A stretch of DNA of 63,844 bases, counting the filler, from Reticulomyxa filosa (taxonomy: Eukaryota; Protista; Foraminifera), in NCBI GenBank assembly GCA_000512085.1. It is 17 parts of 17 records of this genome, joined end to end, with 100 filler letters (N's around TTAATTAATTAA, not from the genome) between each part and the next. Parts side by side here need not be neighbours in the genome. Positions count along the whole stretch, not along the records: positions 1 to 24,791 come from ASPP01002634.1; 16 more parts are not named here. One strand, 5' to 3'. The position numbers were made by a program, and so were the translations under genes. This document shows positions 10,988-22,820 of this stretch, one piece after another. The first letter of the stretch is position 1; the number at the start of each line of letters is the position of its first letter. Below the pieces are notes generated by a model. The model was not told the origin of the DNA. It made no database searches and worked only from the letters and a program-made list of their open reading frames with translations.

Positions 10988-13900
10988 CTACAACGCAAAA
11001 GCATAATTGATATTTTGAGTGTCACATAACTGTCGGTATGTTCTAGCACATTCAAATCGAATGGTTTGCAACAGATTTTTGTCGACTGTTTTTCCTAAGT
11101 TGTTGCTGTTATCAAATAGATCTTCAATTCCAAGCTATTTTTATTATCGTTAAGCAATTTTGTGATGTGATTGAAATCGTTGGCATGTTTGCTCCCAATC
11201 AAAAAGACATAAAATGTAAAACGAAAGTCTTCACGTCAAACACAAATAAGTTTGGACATACCCACACATGATTTTTCTTGGAGCCCTGAGACCATTTTTT
11301 ATCCGACTTTTTTAAAGCTGAAGCAGTGCGTATTGTAACAAGGCGATGCCGATAATCAAATTCATAGCCAAAGTAATAAAAAAATCCCATCAATAATTGT
11401 GCCACGGAGTCATTCTGCTTGGATGCAAAATCCTTGTGTTTTGTAGTATCAATATTAAATTCAAGATCGTCGTGATCACTCCACTCAAACGCCTCCCCTA
11501 ATTCTTCGGCCATCATCTCGGTAGTTGGCAATACGGTTTTGTACTGCAAGAAATGGATAACCAATAATACTATCGCAAATGACGACAAACCTTTGGTTGC
11601 TTGTGGTCCACCAATCTTTTTTGATTGGGCCCAGTGTTTCACCAGCGTGGCAATGACTTGAAAGCGAGAATCAATGGATATAAATATCTTTATGAGTTTT
11701 GACGAGCTGACTTCTTTTTGCATGTTCACCACTAACTCACATTTCCCACTCGTTTTAGTATCAACAAAGGAGAGTGCTGGTTTTCCGTCACCTATAAAGA
11801 AACATACATCACAAAAAAAAAAAAAAAAGTCGATCGTAGTGTCCGCTTACATTTGTATGTACAATCCCCGTAAAAACGTCTCAACTGTTGCGAATAATAC
11901 ACTGCACTTTGTCAAAAACGGTATGCTTTTTCATCAAGTCTGCAATCAATTGAAGTGTATCATTGGATTTCAATTGCAAACTGCGACAGGAAAAGCAAAA
12001 GTTGTAATTTGAATCTTTCGAAAATAGTCCATGTTGCGAAGAGCCATAAGGGATGATCTTGCCTGTCTTGAAATAATCATCTCCTTTAATTGCACTAAAC
12101 AAGCTCTGGCAAATTCGTTGGGAAATTTTTTTCATCTCATTTGCAGACGGGGCAATGGACAGCAATAATTTGTTGATGTTTTCTTCCATTTCAGTCAACT
12201 TCGATTTGGATAGCTTTTCGTTCATTTGCTGGGTATGAAGATTGCTTTTGTTGTCATTACCGTTTCCATTGCTATTGCCATTGCCATTACGATTGTCATT
12301 GCCATTGCGATTGTCATTGCCATTGCGATCATCATTGCCATTGCGATTGTCATTGTCATTATTGTCATTTTCATTTTCACTCTTTGATTCCCCGTGTTCA
12401 TTATTGCTACCATTGATTCGTAGATATCCAATGTTTAGGCACGGGTCGTCCCCACCAAAGCTATTCAATTCGTCGTTTACACGAATGACGGAGCTTTCCT
12501 TGTTTACTCCTCCCATGTTCATGGAAATGATATTGCGTTGAGTCGAGGGCGATAATTCGTGTGGATATCTCGAATTGCTGTTGTTTTCGCCAGTAATTTT
12601 GCTGACGTGTTGATTCGCTGCCAAAGCGGCTTGTTGCTCGTATTTGAGATTAACATGTCGAAATTCGAAATGGGTGGGCACACATGAGCCTCGAGGTGCG
12701 CTATACGGAGCAAGTGCTTGTCTGTTGGAAAAAAAAAAAAAATCAAGCAAAGACAAAAAAACAATAAAATTATCACGTCACACATACATACATACACATA
12801 CACATACACATACCCACGCTGAGATCGATGGCCAACAGGGTGTGGGGTTGTCGATTGACTGATCGGTGGCACGCGAAGAGTTTGTCCATGTTGTGGGGTT
12901 GAAATGGCTAATCCCATGGGTATTCCAAACGTGACGTTCGAAACAGCCGGAAATTCTTGACTCGTCCCCGTGGTGTGAGCACTTTTCAGGGGCGAAGCAT
13001 TGCTCGCATTTGATTTTGGACTGCTGCGCACCCCAAAGAACAGGTGTGCGTAGTGTGGTGTTGTTGCTGCTGGATAATGCGGTGTCGTGACCGTACCTCT
13101 TTGTTGAAACGCTATCAATTGTGAGCCGGCTGTTCATTGTGTTTGTTTATTTGTATTGATGAAATGCAGGGGAGGGGAGTCTCTATTTGCAATCAGACAA
13201 AAGAAAAGCGAATGACAACAGACCTTGAATGAGATGGGCTTGCGTCTTTCCAAAATCTTCGCAATACAATCGATACGATTCCGCAGATAGTTCTTGCTCC
13301 GAGTCCAACGGATACTTCATCACTTCATTCAAATCCTCTCGCATTTTACAAAAGTAATTGTACATGTTGCAAATTGTCTCGTTCATTTGTTGGTTGATCT
13401 TGCCGATTTCATCTTTCAGTTGTGAAGACCGTTGAGGGTCGTTGAATGACAATCTTTGCAAATCTTCTGTCAGTTTTCCTTTCGTCATCTGAATCAAAGT
13501 CATGCACATTGCACACCACACATACACATGGACCCGTCATTGATCATCAGCAAAAAGTGCACAATTCCAACGATAAAACAAACAAACAAAACACGAAACA
13601 TATTGATTTCTGTACTCTTGATGAAACTGGTGTAGTCTTTCTCCGCAATTCATAATGCCGTCCACCAGTTGCTGGGCTTCTACGCGATCAATGTGTTCCT
13701 TTGACACTAATGATGGGCCAAGCTACATAAAAAAAAAAGCATCGATGGTTTTTGAGTTTTTGCACAAACACATGCACACACAAATAAAAACATGCAGTTA
13801 TTATTATTATTACCAATCCGTCTTTGGATGCAAAAAAAAAAAAAAAAAAGGGGGAGGGAAAACGTAAGGGGGTAGGGATCAAATAAACAAATAAACAAAT

Positions 13901-14466
13901 AAACAAATAAATAATAATAATAATAAAAACGTAACAAAAGGTGGCGTTGGTGAATCAGACAAGTCATCTCCATTGTCGTCACTGAAATGAATCTCTGTTT
14001 CTGCATCTACGCATTTTTCAATTGGCGTTGGCATCCCGTCGCTGTCTTCAATTCCAAGGAAAGCGTTGAGAGCTTCCTCCATATTTTTCACAGGTGTTAC
14101 AACAGCTTTTGCCATGCTGTCACTGGTGTGGCTACGTCTGTGTACACTCCCACTTCCACCGCTGGCAGTGTCCACAGGGGACATCGTGTTACAGCCGCTG
14201 GCGCTTAGGGCACGGCCGCGGTTACTCAACTTTGCCAGCGAAACCGCACTTAAATGTGATGTCGATACCGACTTCGACGCAATTGTGCCTGATTGCGACG
14301 CCATTTGTGAGCTTGGAGATACGGATTGCACTTGATTTATTTGTGGTCGTGCTGCACTGCTATTGGCTGTGTTGCTACTGTGTCCATACAATTGTGCTGA
14401 TTTTGTGTTTATAAATAACGGCCGTGGAGGCTGAAAGTTCTTATTGTCCGTTGCGTTTTGACTCAT
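10988..14466 (-). CDS. Cid1/TUTase/non-canonical poly(A) polymerase family protein with a degenerate active site and long low-complexity N-terminus
   Basis: YGSSQHGLFSKDSNYNFCF, LVKHWAQSKKI..GLSSFAIVLLVIHFLQ, SVAQLLMGFFYYFGYEFDY..VTIR and a last exon LGIEDLFDNSNNLGKTV ending at TAG 10988-10990. Linking the upstream ORFs (12519-14466) to the NTase exons is inferred. Confidence 0.85.
12255..12372 (-). repeat. Coding 18-bp minisatellite encoding (RNGNDN/D)n, an Asn-rich tract
   Basis: Tandem ttgccattgcgattgtca-like units on the + strand; translation DNDNRNGNDDRNGNDNRNGNDNRNGNGNSNGNGND. Confidence 0.85.
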
Positions 14467-17400
14467 CGATGAGTTTCCACGAGCATGTGTCCACTCGACA
14501 TTCTCTTGTAAACTATCTTGTGCCTTTTTTCATTTTGTTAGTTTGTTGCCAGGATTTTTTTTTACTTTTTTCGTTCGGAGACTAACACATGCAAAAAAAA
14601 ACTTGCCATTTTTCTTTCTGCAATAGAGTTCCACAAACTACAAAAGTATTTTATTCCACGTCAAAAGAGATAAATTATATATTAATGGGAGAGATGTGAA
14701 GTTTAACAACGCCACAGAATTAGGGTTATTCAAAACTTATTTTTTCAAAGCAGCGTCAAATTTTTTTTTGCTTTTTGATTTACCAATCAACAAACACATA
14801 AAAATTGTAAGTATTGAAAATTTTTAACTATTGCTGTAATTTTCTTCTTTTTCAAATTATACTGTCATACGATTATCATTTAATAAATTGTTTTCAACAT
14901 AAAATCATAGATCATTATTTTGTTTAAGATAACATTGCAAATAGAATTTAAGTAACATTGACCATTGTATATTCTTTCTGGATCAAACATATTTTCAAAA
15001 AATCAAGTTGAAGAAATCAAATTCCAAAGAAGTAGATACCAATAAAATAAAAAATGACAATAGTTTCAAATTACAATCAATGGCCTGAACAAAAAAAAAC
15101 CACATATTCGTATTCTCCGTCCTCGAGTTGTATATAGGAAAGTTTATTTATATTTTTAAGTTCGTAAGTCATTGCCCAAATCTAGACATAAATTGGTTAA
15201 TTCACACTACATTTGCTCTGGGAACCACTAAGTTCGAGATTTATTCGTTTCCATTTGTCGTAGAAACCAACAAAGTACACTGTTGAAAAGCTGAAAAAAA
15301 AGCAAAGAGAGAGTTAGTTCGAGCGGCGCCTGAAAGCGCTGACTGATTTAACTTTCTCTTTCGCTTTTTCCTTACTTTGCTTTTTTTTAAATTTGTTTCA
15401 ATGCACTTTATTTGCTTTTACAAAAATATTTTTTATTTTGATGCAACAGCTGGCATATGAAATTAAAAAATATTTTTATACTATTCGTATTCAATGTTCA
15501 ATCCTGATTTGGTAAAAAACAACATTTCATTGTTTATTTGCTTTTATTTTTCATTCGTTTGCAGTATTTATTGTCCATGTTTTAAATGTAATATAAAGCG
15601 CTCAGTTTGATTAACTTTTTTTTAAAATTGCAGAAACGAAGTGAGAATAGAATTTTTTTTTAAAATGAGTCAGAGCTCAAGTGGGAACACTGGAGCAATT
15701 TGAATTGTACCTCGAGATAATGTATGAATAGAAAGTAAAAATAATACATCGCATTCCCGGCAAATGAGTGTTTATAAAAAATATTTTTGCAAACGATTGA
15801 ATACAAGGTACAACTTTTTAAGGATAAAAACGACATACTATATAATAAACAGAAACGAAAAATAAAGCTCACTCCTGTCAGTTACGTGAAGATATCCTCC
15901 ACAAAAGCTGAAGTTACATCGACAATGTATTTGACGAAATGCGTCAACTTTGCTGGTATTATAAAAAAAAGTTATACACATATGCTTGTTTGACAAAAAA
16001 GGACTTGTTGATTGGAGTATAGCTAGAATAGGATCATGGAGAAAATGTTCACATCAGAATCCAATTTAGAACCTTTGGTGGATTACCAAGTACCTTACTT
16101 ACAAAAATAGACTATTTCAACAAAGAATAGCTCTTTGAGTAGTTTAGCAAGCAATGGTACTCGATTGAAGATTATTTGTATGATAAACTTCAATGCCTAA
16201 GCGCATTTATGCTTTGATAAGGCCAATAACGATACCACCAAGTGGTAAATTACACTGAAAGCTTCTCTTAAACACAAGTGTAAACGTTTGTTAAATAGAT
16301 TATTTTTCTTTACAGTTTGATAGAGATTTAATAAAAATTTATTACAAAAAAAAGGGATGCTGTAAAAGCTAGCTAAAAAAATTGAATGTATAACCTTCAA
16401 ATAAATATAATAGATAAGATAGTAACAAACATTGATTCATCGTGTTGCTCCAAATGAAAAAGTAAAATTAATATAATAAATATTGCAAAGGATATCGCAT
16501 GGTGCATGAAATAATATCGAATGATGACGAAAACTATCGACTGAAAAATTGCAGCGACTATTGTATTTAATTGGAGCCTAGCCAAAGAATTACAAAATGT
16601 GCTTTATGCTCATTAGACTTGTCACTGATTAAAAATACCTGCGTCAAACAGGAAAAGCTGACACAAAAAACTGTAAAATGAAAAAGAGGGGAGATATGTT
16701 GTTGTATTGAGAACAGTCTCACAAGTTTTTTTTTCAAAAAAAAAGGGTCTTATCACAATAGAATACCTAGTAAAATAAGCAGATTCTCGGTTTGTTCGAT
16801 CCTGCAAGTCGCATATTAAACACCTTCGAGACTTGAAAAAGTAACAGTATATTTTGAATGACAAAGACTATGTCGTGAATGGTTAGAATTTTTTTTTTCA
16901 CTTACAATTATTAAAAAAAAGGCAAGTTTAGTTTTTTGTTTTGTCTTATTTTTATTAAGTAACAAAAAAAAACAAGATAGTGTGTGTATAGTTTGTTTTG
17001 TGGTTACTATATTTTACATAAATATATGTCTGTGTTTTTTAAAAAAATATTTCAAAACGAATGAATGAAAATTGACATCGGATTTGAAATCGACTTTATT
17101 GCAAATGCGAACTATAGTCTACACAAGTTGAGTTTGAGCACACTATGCGTGTGATATTTGATGTTTTCATACGTTGATCATAATCGTTAATGTGAAACAA
17201 TACACAACATAAATGACAATATGATATTAAAAAATGTAAGAAACCCAAAAAATAGACAAAAAAGAATATAACAACAAAGTCTCTGATAAGTCTAACAATA
17301 TCAAGCTGTCACCAACGAAGAAACAAAAGTGTTGATCGTGCTAACATTATAAGCTAATTGCACTACTTGTCACCACAAACAAAGGAACAAAGTCGCAAAT

Positions 17401-18624
17401 GATACTTTTGGTGATCGTTGATAATAGAAAAAAACAATATGAATAGAAAGAAAATGAAGAAACCAAATTAAGGAAAAAAACCAATAGCAGACGTAGTCAT
17501 CAGAAGACATGTTAGCACAAAATACAAATGGTTAAAATAGTTTATTTATTGTTATATGAACATATGTAAATGTAAATGTACATATATTTATTTATATGTT
17601 TATGATTTATATATTTGATTAAAGACAACTATCAACTCTTGTTTGACCGGACAACATGCATTTACCACATAAACTACATTGCAGCAAGTCACTCCAGTTG
17701 ATCTTTTCTTGACATATTACAATCCATTTGCCCAACTAACGACTGGAAGTTAGTTTGATTTTTTTTGTTTTGTTATTCATATTGCTATTGATATAAACGG
17801 TCAATGATTACCAATCGAATTCGACGTTCGGAGCAACTACCAATCCAACACAAACGTATTAAACACCAAACGACCCTTTCCATTACTTGTGAATCAATCA
17901 ATCCAATACTTATGCTAATACTACTGGCCGTCCCAGCAACACATCAAAACGCTGGCAACGATTCATTTAGTGATCTGAACTGGAATTAAATAACGTCAGT
18001 TCTTACATTATATATTTTTTAATTTGTATTCTTTAATGACTTTTCGGCTTCGTATAAAGAAACATTGTCGGCTATTTTTAAAATGATTATTCCAGACTTT
18101 TTTTATCAATGATCTTATTGTAAAATGGCAGTGTGAAGTTTCTCCTTTTATTGCTGTCTTGAGTAGTTTCATGTATATATAAGCAAAGCCTCAAAGTACG
18201 GGCAAGTAGTTGATCCAAAGAGCAAATAAAATTTCTTAATCGTAAAGTTGCAAACACTTTTGGCTTTTGTCGCATTCTTTCTCAACGGAAAATCTTTTTT
18301 GTCTTAAAGAAAAATTATCCAAATATTGGAAAATAGTCAGAGAATAGGTTTTATTTGTATAACTTGCACTGCATTTTTTGAAAGTGCACACGATTACCAA
18401 AAATATATTTATTCAAGGAATGTTTCAACGGCTTGCATTGAGTCGATGGGATAATATCCATCAAGTAAAAAATTTTAATTTCTTGATTCAATGTACTGAA
18501 GTAAAAATAGTACGAAGAGAAGGATTGCTTAAGAAAGTCGGATTGAGGAAAAGCTTAACACTTTTTAAGAACAATTTAAAAATCCCTTCCTCCTGCCAGC
18601 ATTAATAAAGTTTGTACTGTCATA

Positions 18625-19071
18625 TCAATTTGTTTCTTCAGTTGATGTGACTGCATTTTGTTGTTTTTGAGTTTTGAATTCGTTAATTTTCTTTGCTACT
18701 GTGTCCAACACACGTTTTAGTTTTGGTTCCATTTCAAACATCAATGCCATATTTACATTCTTCAATGCTACACAGGTCAATATCAATTGATTGTCAAATG
18801 ATTTCATGTGCATCAGTACACAGTTCTCAAAATATGAAATAACACTCGAACATTCACCCAGGCTAATTTTGGAAGCCTGTTGTAAAGCAAAAGACATCCG
18901 TGATGTCTCAACATCATCCGTGTTTCCTTCCAGTTCTTCAATACATCCTTTTGCAACGACTGCGCCGTTGTTGTCAGTTATTTGTAATAGTTGCAAATCT
19001 TCCACTCGATACACTAATTCTTGTAATAATTCAGAAATGTTCATTGCTGACGTTGAAGGTGCAGTGGTCAT
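18625..19071 (-). CDS. LAMTOR3: Ragulator subunit LAMTOR3/MP1-like roadblock protein
   Basis: LLQELVYRVEDLQLLQITDNNGAVV..FALQQASKISLGECSSVISYFENCVLMH..LILTCVA..NMALMFEMEPKL is colinear with LAMTOR3. Intronless; ATG at 19071. Confidence 0.82.
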   Translation of the reverse strand: MTTAPSTSAMNISELLQELVYRVEDLQLLQITDNNGAVVAKGCIEELEGNTDDVETSRMSFALQQASKISLGECSSVISYFENCVLMHMKSFDNQLILTCVALKNVNMALMFEMEPKLKRVLDTVAKKINEFKTQKQQNAVTSTEETN

Positions 19072-20062
19072 TTTACGGAAATATAAAAATCTAGCTTTAT
19101 TTATTGCAAGAATTTTTTTGAGCAAAACTTTTCAATTCTGTAAGACAAGTCTTGTATAATTATCTTTGGGTTAAAAATTTCATGTGGCAAAATATTTTGT
19201 CAAAAGCAATGGCTGTGGCTAAATAACTTCAAAATACTCACTTGTTCGCACAGATTTAAAAAAAGGTTTGGTTCCTGTTCAGTCGAAAAAAAGAAAATTC
19301 ATGACACATACTTGAGATTTTCTGTTGTTTTGATGACGAACAACTGCCAACAGACCTCTTCCACACCCGTCTTGTTTTCACAGTTGGGTAAATAATAAAA
19401 ATTTTGTAGTTTTCGTGTCTCCTCTGCAGTGAACAGTACACTAAGAATACTCAATAAAACTCATAGAACAGATTATTGCCGACAGTATCGAAAATGCAAA
19501 ACCCCCAAGAGATAAATATACTAATGCCTTTGCAATGAGAAAGGCCAAAAGAAGAAAAGCCAATGATCGGAAGATGCATAAGCAAAATAATAATATCAAC
19601 GAAAGTACTTCGGCACACGATCAGTCCTTAAAGGGCAAAACACGAAAGAGAACGCTAAATAAAATGCAACAAGAGAGTGACAACACAAACACACCAAACA
19701 AAAAACGTCGCAAGGTGAATGTTAAAGAAGGTGCGTGTGTGAGTGAACACTTTAACAATGATCTTTCAATCTTAAACATTACAGAAAAGATAAATTCTTT
19801 GCAATTTTTGGTTCCTTGATCCTTTTTTTTGTAACTCGTTGTTGTAACGTTAAAAAAATTTTTCCAATAAACTTGCCAAGCATTTCAACAACTGCCACAG
19901 AAGCATACATACTACGAATGTCGCTATGGACATTAACAACTCTTTAAGTGGACCAATAAGAATACAATTAACTCTCGTAGCACCGATTAACGCCAAACAA
20001 TTTGAATCAACAAAAAAAAGAAACAAAAGCAAAAAAAAGTGAAATGATCAAATAAAAATATC

Positions 20063-22376
20063 CTAGCCGTCTTTGAACATTTCTCGTAAAATCAAAGCCG
20101 GAGTAAGAAAGAACATGGAGATACCAAAGACCAAAACGACCCAAATAAGATATCTGTCCAGTTTGTTTAATCTCTGTGGAGCCAACTTCCAAATACAAAG
20201 AGGAGGAAGTATGAACCCAACCATAACGGATCCAATTCCGCCCGTTAGCCCTGTGTCGTGTCAACAATGGAAGTAATACACGCAATTTTTGCGGCCGAAC
20301 AAAAAAAAAAAAAAAAAAGAACCACAAAATACCTGTCAAATATCCAAAATGAGGAATAAACATCGCCACGAGCGCTGTGCTAATGACCAATGCAGTTCGC
20401 AGTACGTTGCGTTTTATTTCTTCTTCTCTATAATAGTTTAATGTATCCAATATGTTATGCTACAAACAATAGTTTATACTCAAATCTCTTTTTCTTTTTC
20501 TTTCTCTTTCTCTCACTCCTCTCCTCTCCGATAAAGATATACAATTTTCAAACAAATTATTTCAAAACAGCAAAACTTGGTGCCAAAATTTTCTTGTTTG
20601 AGCAACATCAGTTCCAAGGCTTCAGTGAAAGGATACATGATGATGGCATAAGTGAAGAGTAGATCGATGGACAAAAAGGTTTTGGTAAAAATTTGGACGA
20701 CCCCTTCGTGGAGTGCCGTCACAATGTTTTGCGGGAAGCTGCCTTGTTGTTCCGACCAACAAATGTAAATGTAATCTGCAAACAGAGTGTTCGCAACCAA
20801 CACGATAATTACCGACCAAAACAGTGCCTTTTTTCATTTGATTTGATACGTCAAATCTCCCTCTGTCCTTTTGAAATTGTCATATCATTGAACACAATAT
20901 TTTTTTTTTTTTTTTTTTTGCATTATGTCTTTTTTAAATTTCATTTCAACACAGTTCCTTTCAAAACAAAACAAAAAAATAGTGAGACAACAACTTACAA
21001 TCATCTGTCCCTCCAAAGACAGCAAAACAGGATGCAAGACAAATAAAACGAGGCATTTCCAACAAAAATGGGGAATCCGGCAAGGTCAAACATTTTGATA
21101 TTTCGAATGGACACATGCAAGTCACCCGAGGCCCATTGATACGTGGCGTCCACTGTCGTCACCACTAATGCGAGCAATACTCCAAGGACTCCCCATTTGG
21201 CTGTCTTGGCAATCAGTCGATACGACCGCAAACAAGCCAAAGACAGTGGGAAAGGCAGGATCAAAGCCACACATACCCTTTGAGTCATCCAAGGAATTTT
21301 GTTTTGTAGGCCATCGGATATCACACCTATCATTAAAAAGTAAATACATAAAATAGAAATTTGCATACCAAACAAACAAACAAAATTATCAATACAACAG
21401 AGAAAGCAAGCCACCTGCGATAAAAAGTAGATATGTCCCACATGCACCCACCATATTGGCATACACGCCAAACCAAACCATTACCGTTCCAACTTTGCCA
21501 ATGGCTGCAAAGGCGACTTGGGGATATGTCGGTCGGTGCTGAGGGTGATGCGTGTAATGCCCAGCCAGCATTAGCCAATGGTTGGTACGATTTATTAAAT
21601 ACGCCAACAGCACAAATCCCACTGTCGCTAGGCCTAATCCGCATTGCGACACTGCCCACGGTAAACTGAACGATGCTAGTATTTTCATTTATTATTATTT
21701 TTTTTTTTTTTTTTTACATTTTCAGTGTATACGTAGTCTTGCATGTACAATGTTGCATATACACATATGTATACTGCACAATTTTTTTTTTTTTTTTGTA
21801 CGTAACAATAATTTTTTAAAAATGTATGTTACCCTTTCTCTCTCACTCACTCTCTCTCTCTCTCTTACGAACCAGCCCCTACAAATCCTTTGCAAATGTT
21901 CCAAAACGCATGGCTGGTGTCACTCATGTCTCTTGGGTTTGTTACCACTCCTGCACCGAGCACAATAGTTCCTCGCTTATTTTCTAACAATGGAAAATTA
22001 GTTGACAAGTGCAAATCACTCAATGTCATGTCGCTTTCCATCCTTTTTTGCAATTGATCGCTGCTTTCAAAGTCTCCGCTTACTTGCAAAGGCTCAAAAC
22101 CTCTTTTCCTTTCTTGTGCCAACTCGTGAGTTATGTTCATTTGATGCTGGATCCTTTAGACTGGTTCGGATTTTCGTACACCAATTCACTCGAGTCTTTA
22201 GGAGATTTTGTCTTTCTTATAACTACATCATCCCCTTTTAAGCTTTGTTGAGTCCTTGGCGACGAATCTTCTTTCACCAGAGCTGCTTGGTCCTCTAACA
22301 TGGCCTCATTTTCACTTGAAATTGAACTCGTCTCCTCCAAAGATGAAAATTGGGTCGAATCAGACTTCTTTAACAT
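20063..22376 (-). CDS. Amino acid transporter, Aa_trans/SLC36-like (multi-exon)
   Basis: HAFWNICKGFVGAG-SFSLPWAV..G, TYPQVAFAAIG, GFPIFVGNASF, LLFTYAIIMYP, IPHFGYLTGLTG..GFILPPL; stop TAG at 20063-20065. Frameshift at an A-run near 22140. Confidence 0.9.
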
Positions 22377-22820
22377 TGATCATATATTTTATAAAATTTT
22401 AATTCAAAAACGCGTTCCCCGACAACGCTGTTGTACGCAAAAAACAAATAACGACACGCCCCTTTTTTTAGTATACGTAGTACATTACTGGTAACGAAAA
22501 TTTTTACCCTTTTGAATTGAAAAAAATCTAAAACCAACGTGAGATACAAGTAAGAAATAAAAAAGAGCAAATGATTGTATCATCATTGTATCTCTAAAAC
22601 TAATAGCATTTTGTAAAATTGTTCTTGTTTCGAGTGAAAATTAAATTTACACATTCTATTTTGGCTAACCTTACAAAACATTTTGTTTAAGAGATTGTCT
22701 CACAAGCAGGAAAGTTTTTGGATAAAATTTAAAGTTATAGTTCACGATAACAAATGAAGTTACATATCATAATATTAAATCTTATAATTTCTCATTTGTA
22801 TGTGGAAATGTTTATGGAAT

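Noticed and set aside
12222-12541. Repetitive ORFs (MAMTIA.., LSLPLR..)
   Set aside because: They are alternative-frame and antisense shadows of the 18-bp coding minisatellite.
15225-15345. GTTCGA motifs suggesting tRNA T-loops
   Set aside because: I could not build a cloverleaf or acceptor stem. No tRNA, rRNA or snRNA could be supported anywhere in the window.
19535-19819. Lys/Arg-rich 94-aa ORF (similar case at 42761-43003)
   Set aside because: Short, with no recognisable domain, and explicable by A-rich composition.
765-20065. Genome-wide stop-codon reassignment
   Set aside because: TGA (CNOT11, LAMTOR3), TAG (DHHC, TUTase, SLC36) and TAA (GT25, GLE1, vWA gene) all end genes. Long ORFs use TGG and CAR normally and in-frame stops are rare.
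22130-22150. Programmed ribosomal frameshifting (AAA-TGA here; also shifts near 1755, 9110, 40900 and 48982)
   Set aside because: Each shift sits in a homopolymer run and is repaired by a one-base change in run length, the signature of pyrosequencing-type error. Only resequencing could revive the idea.
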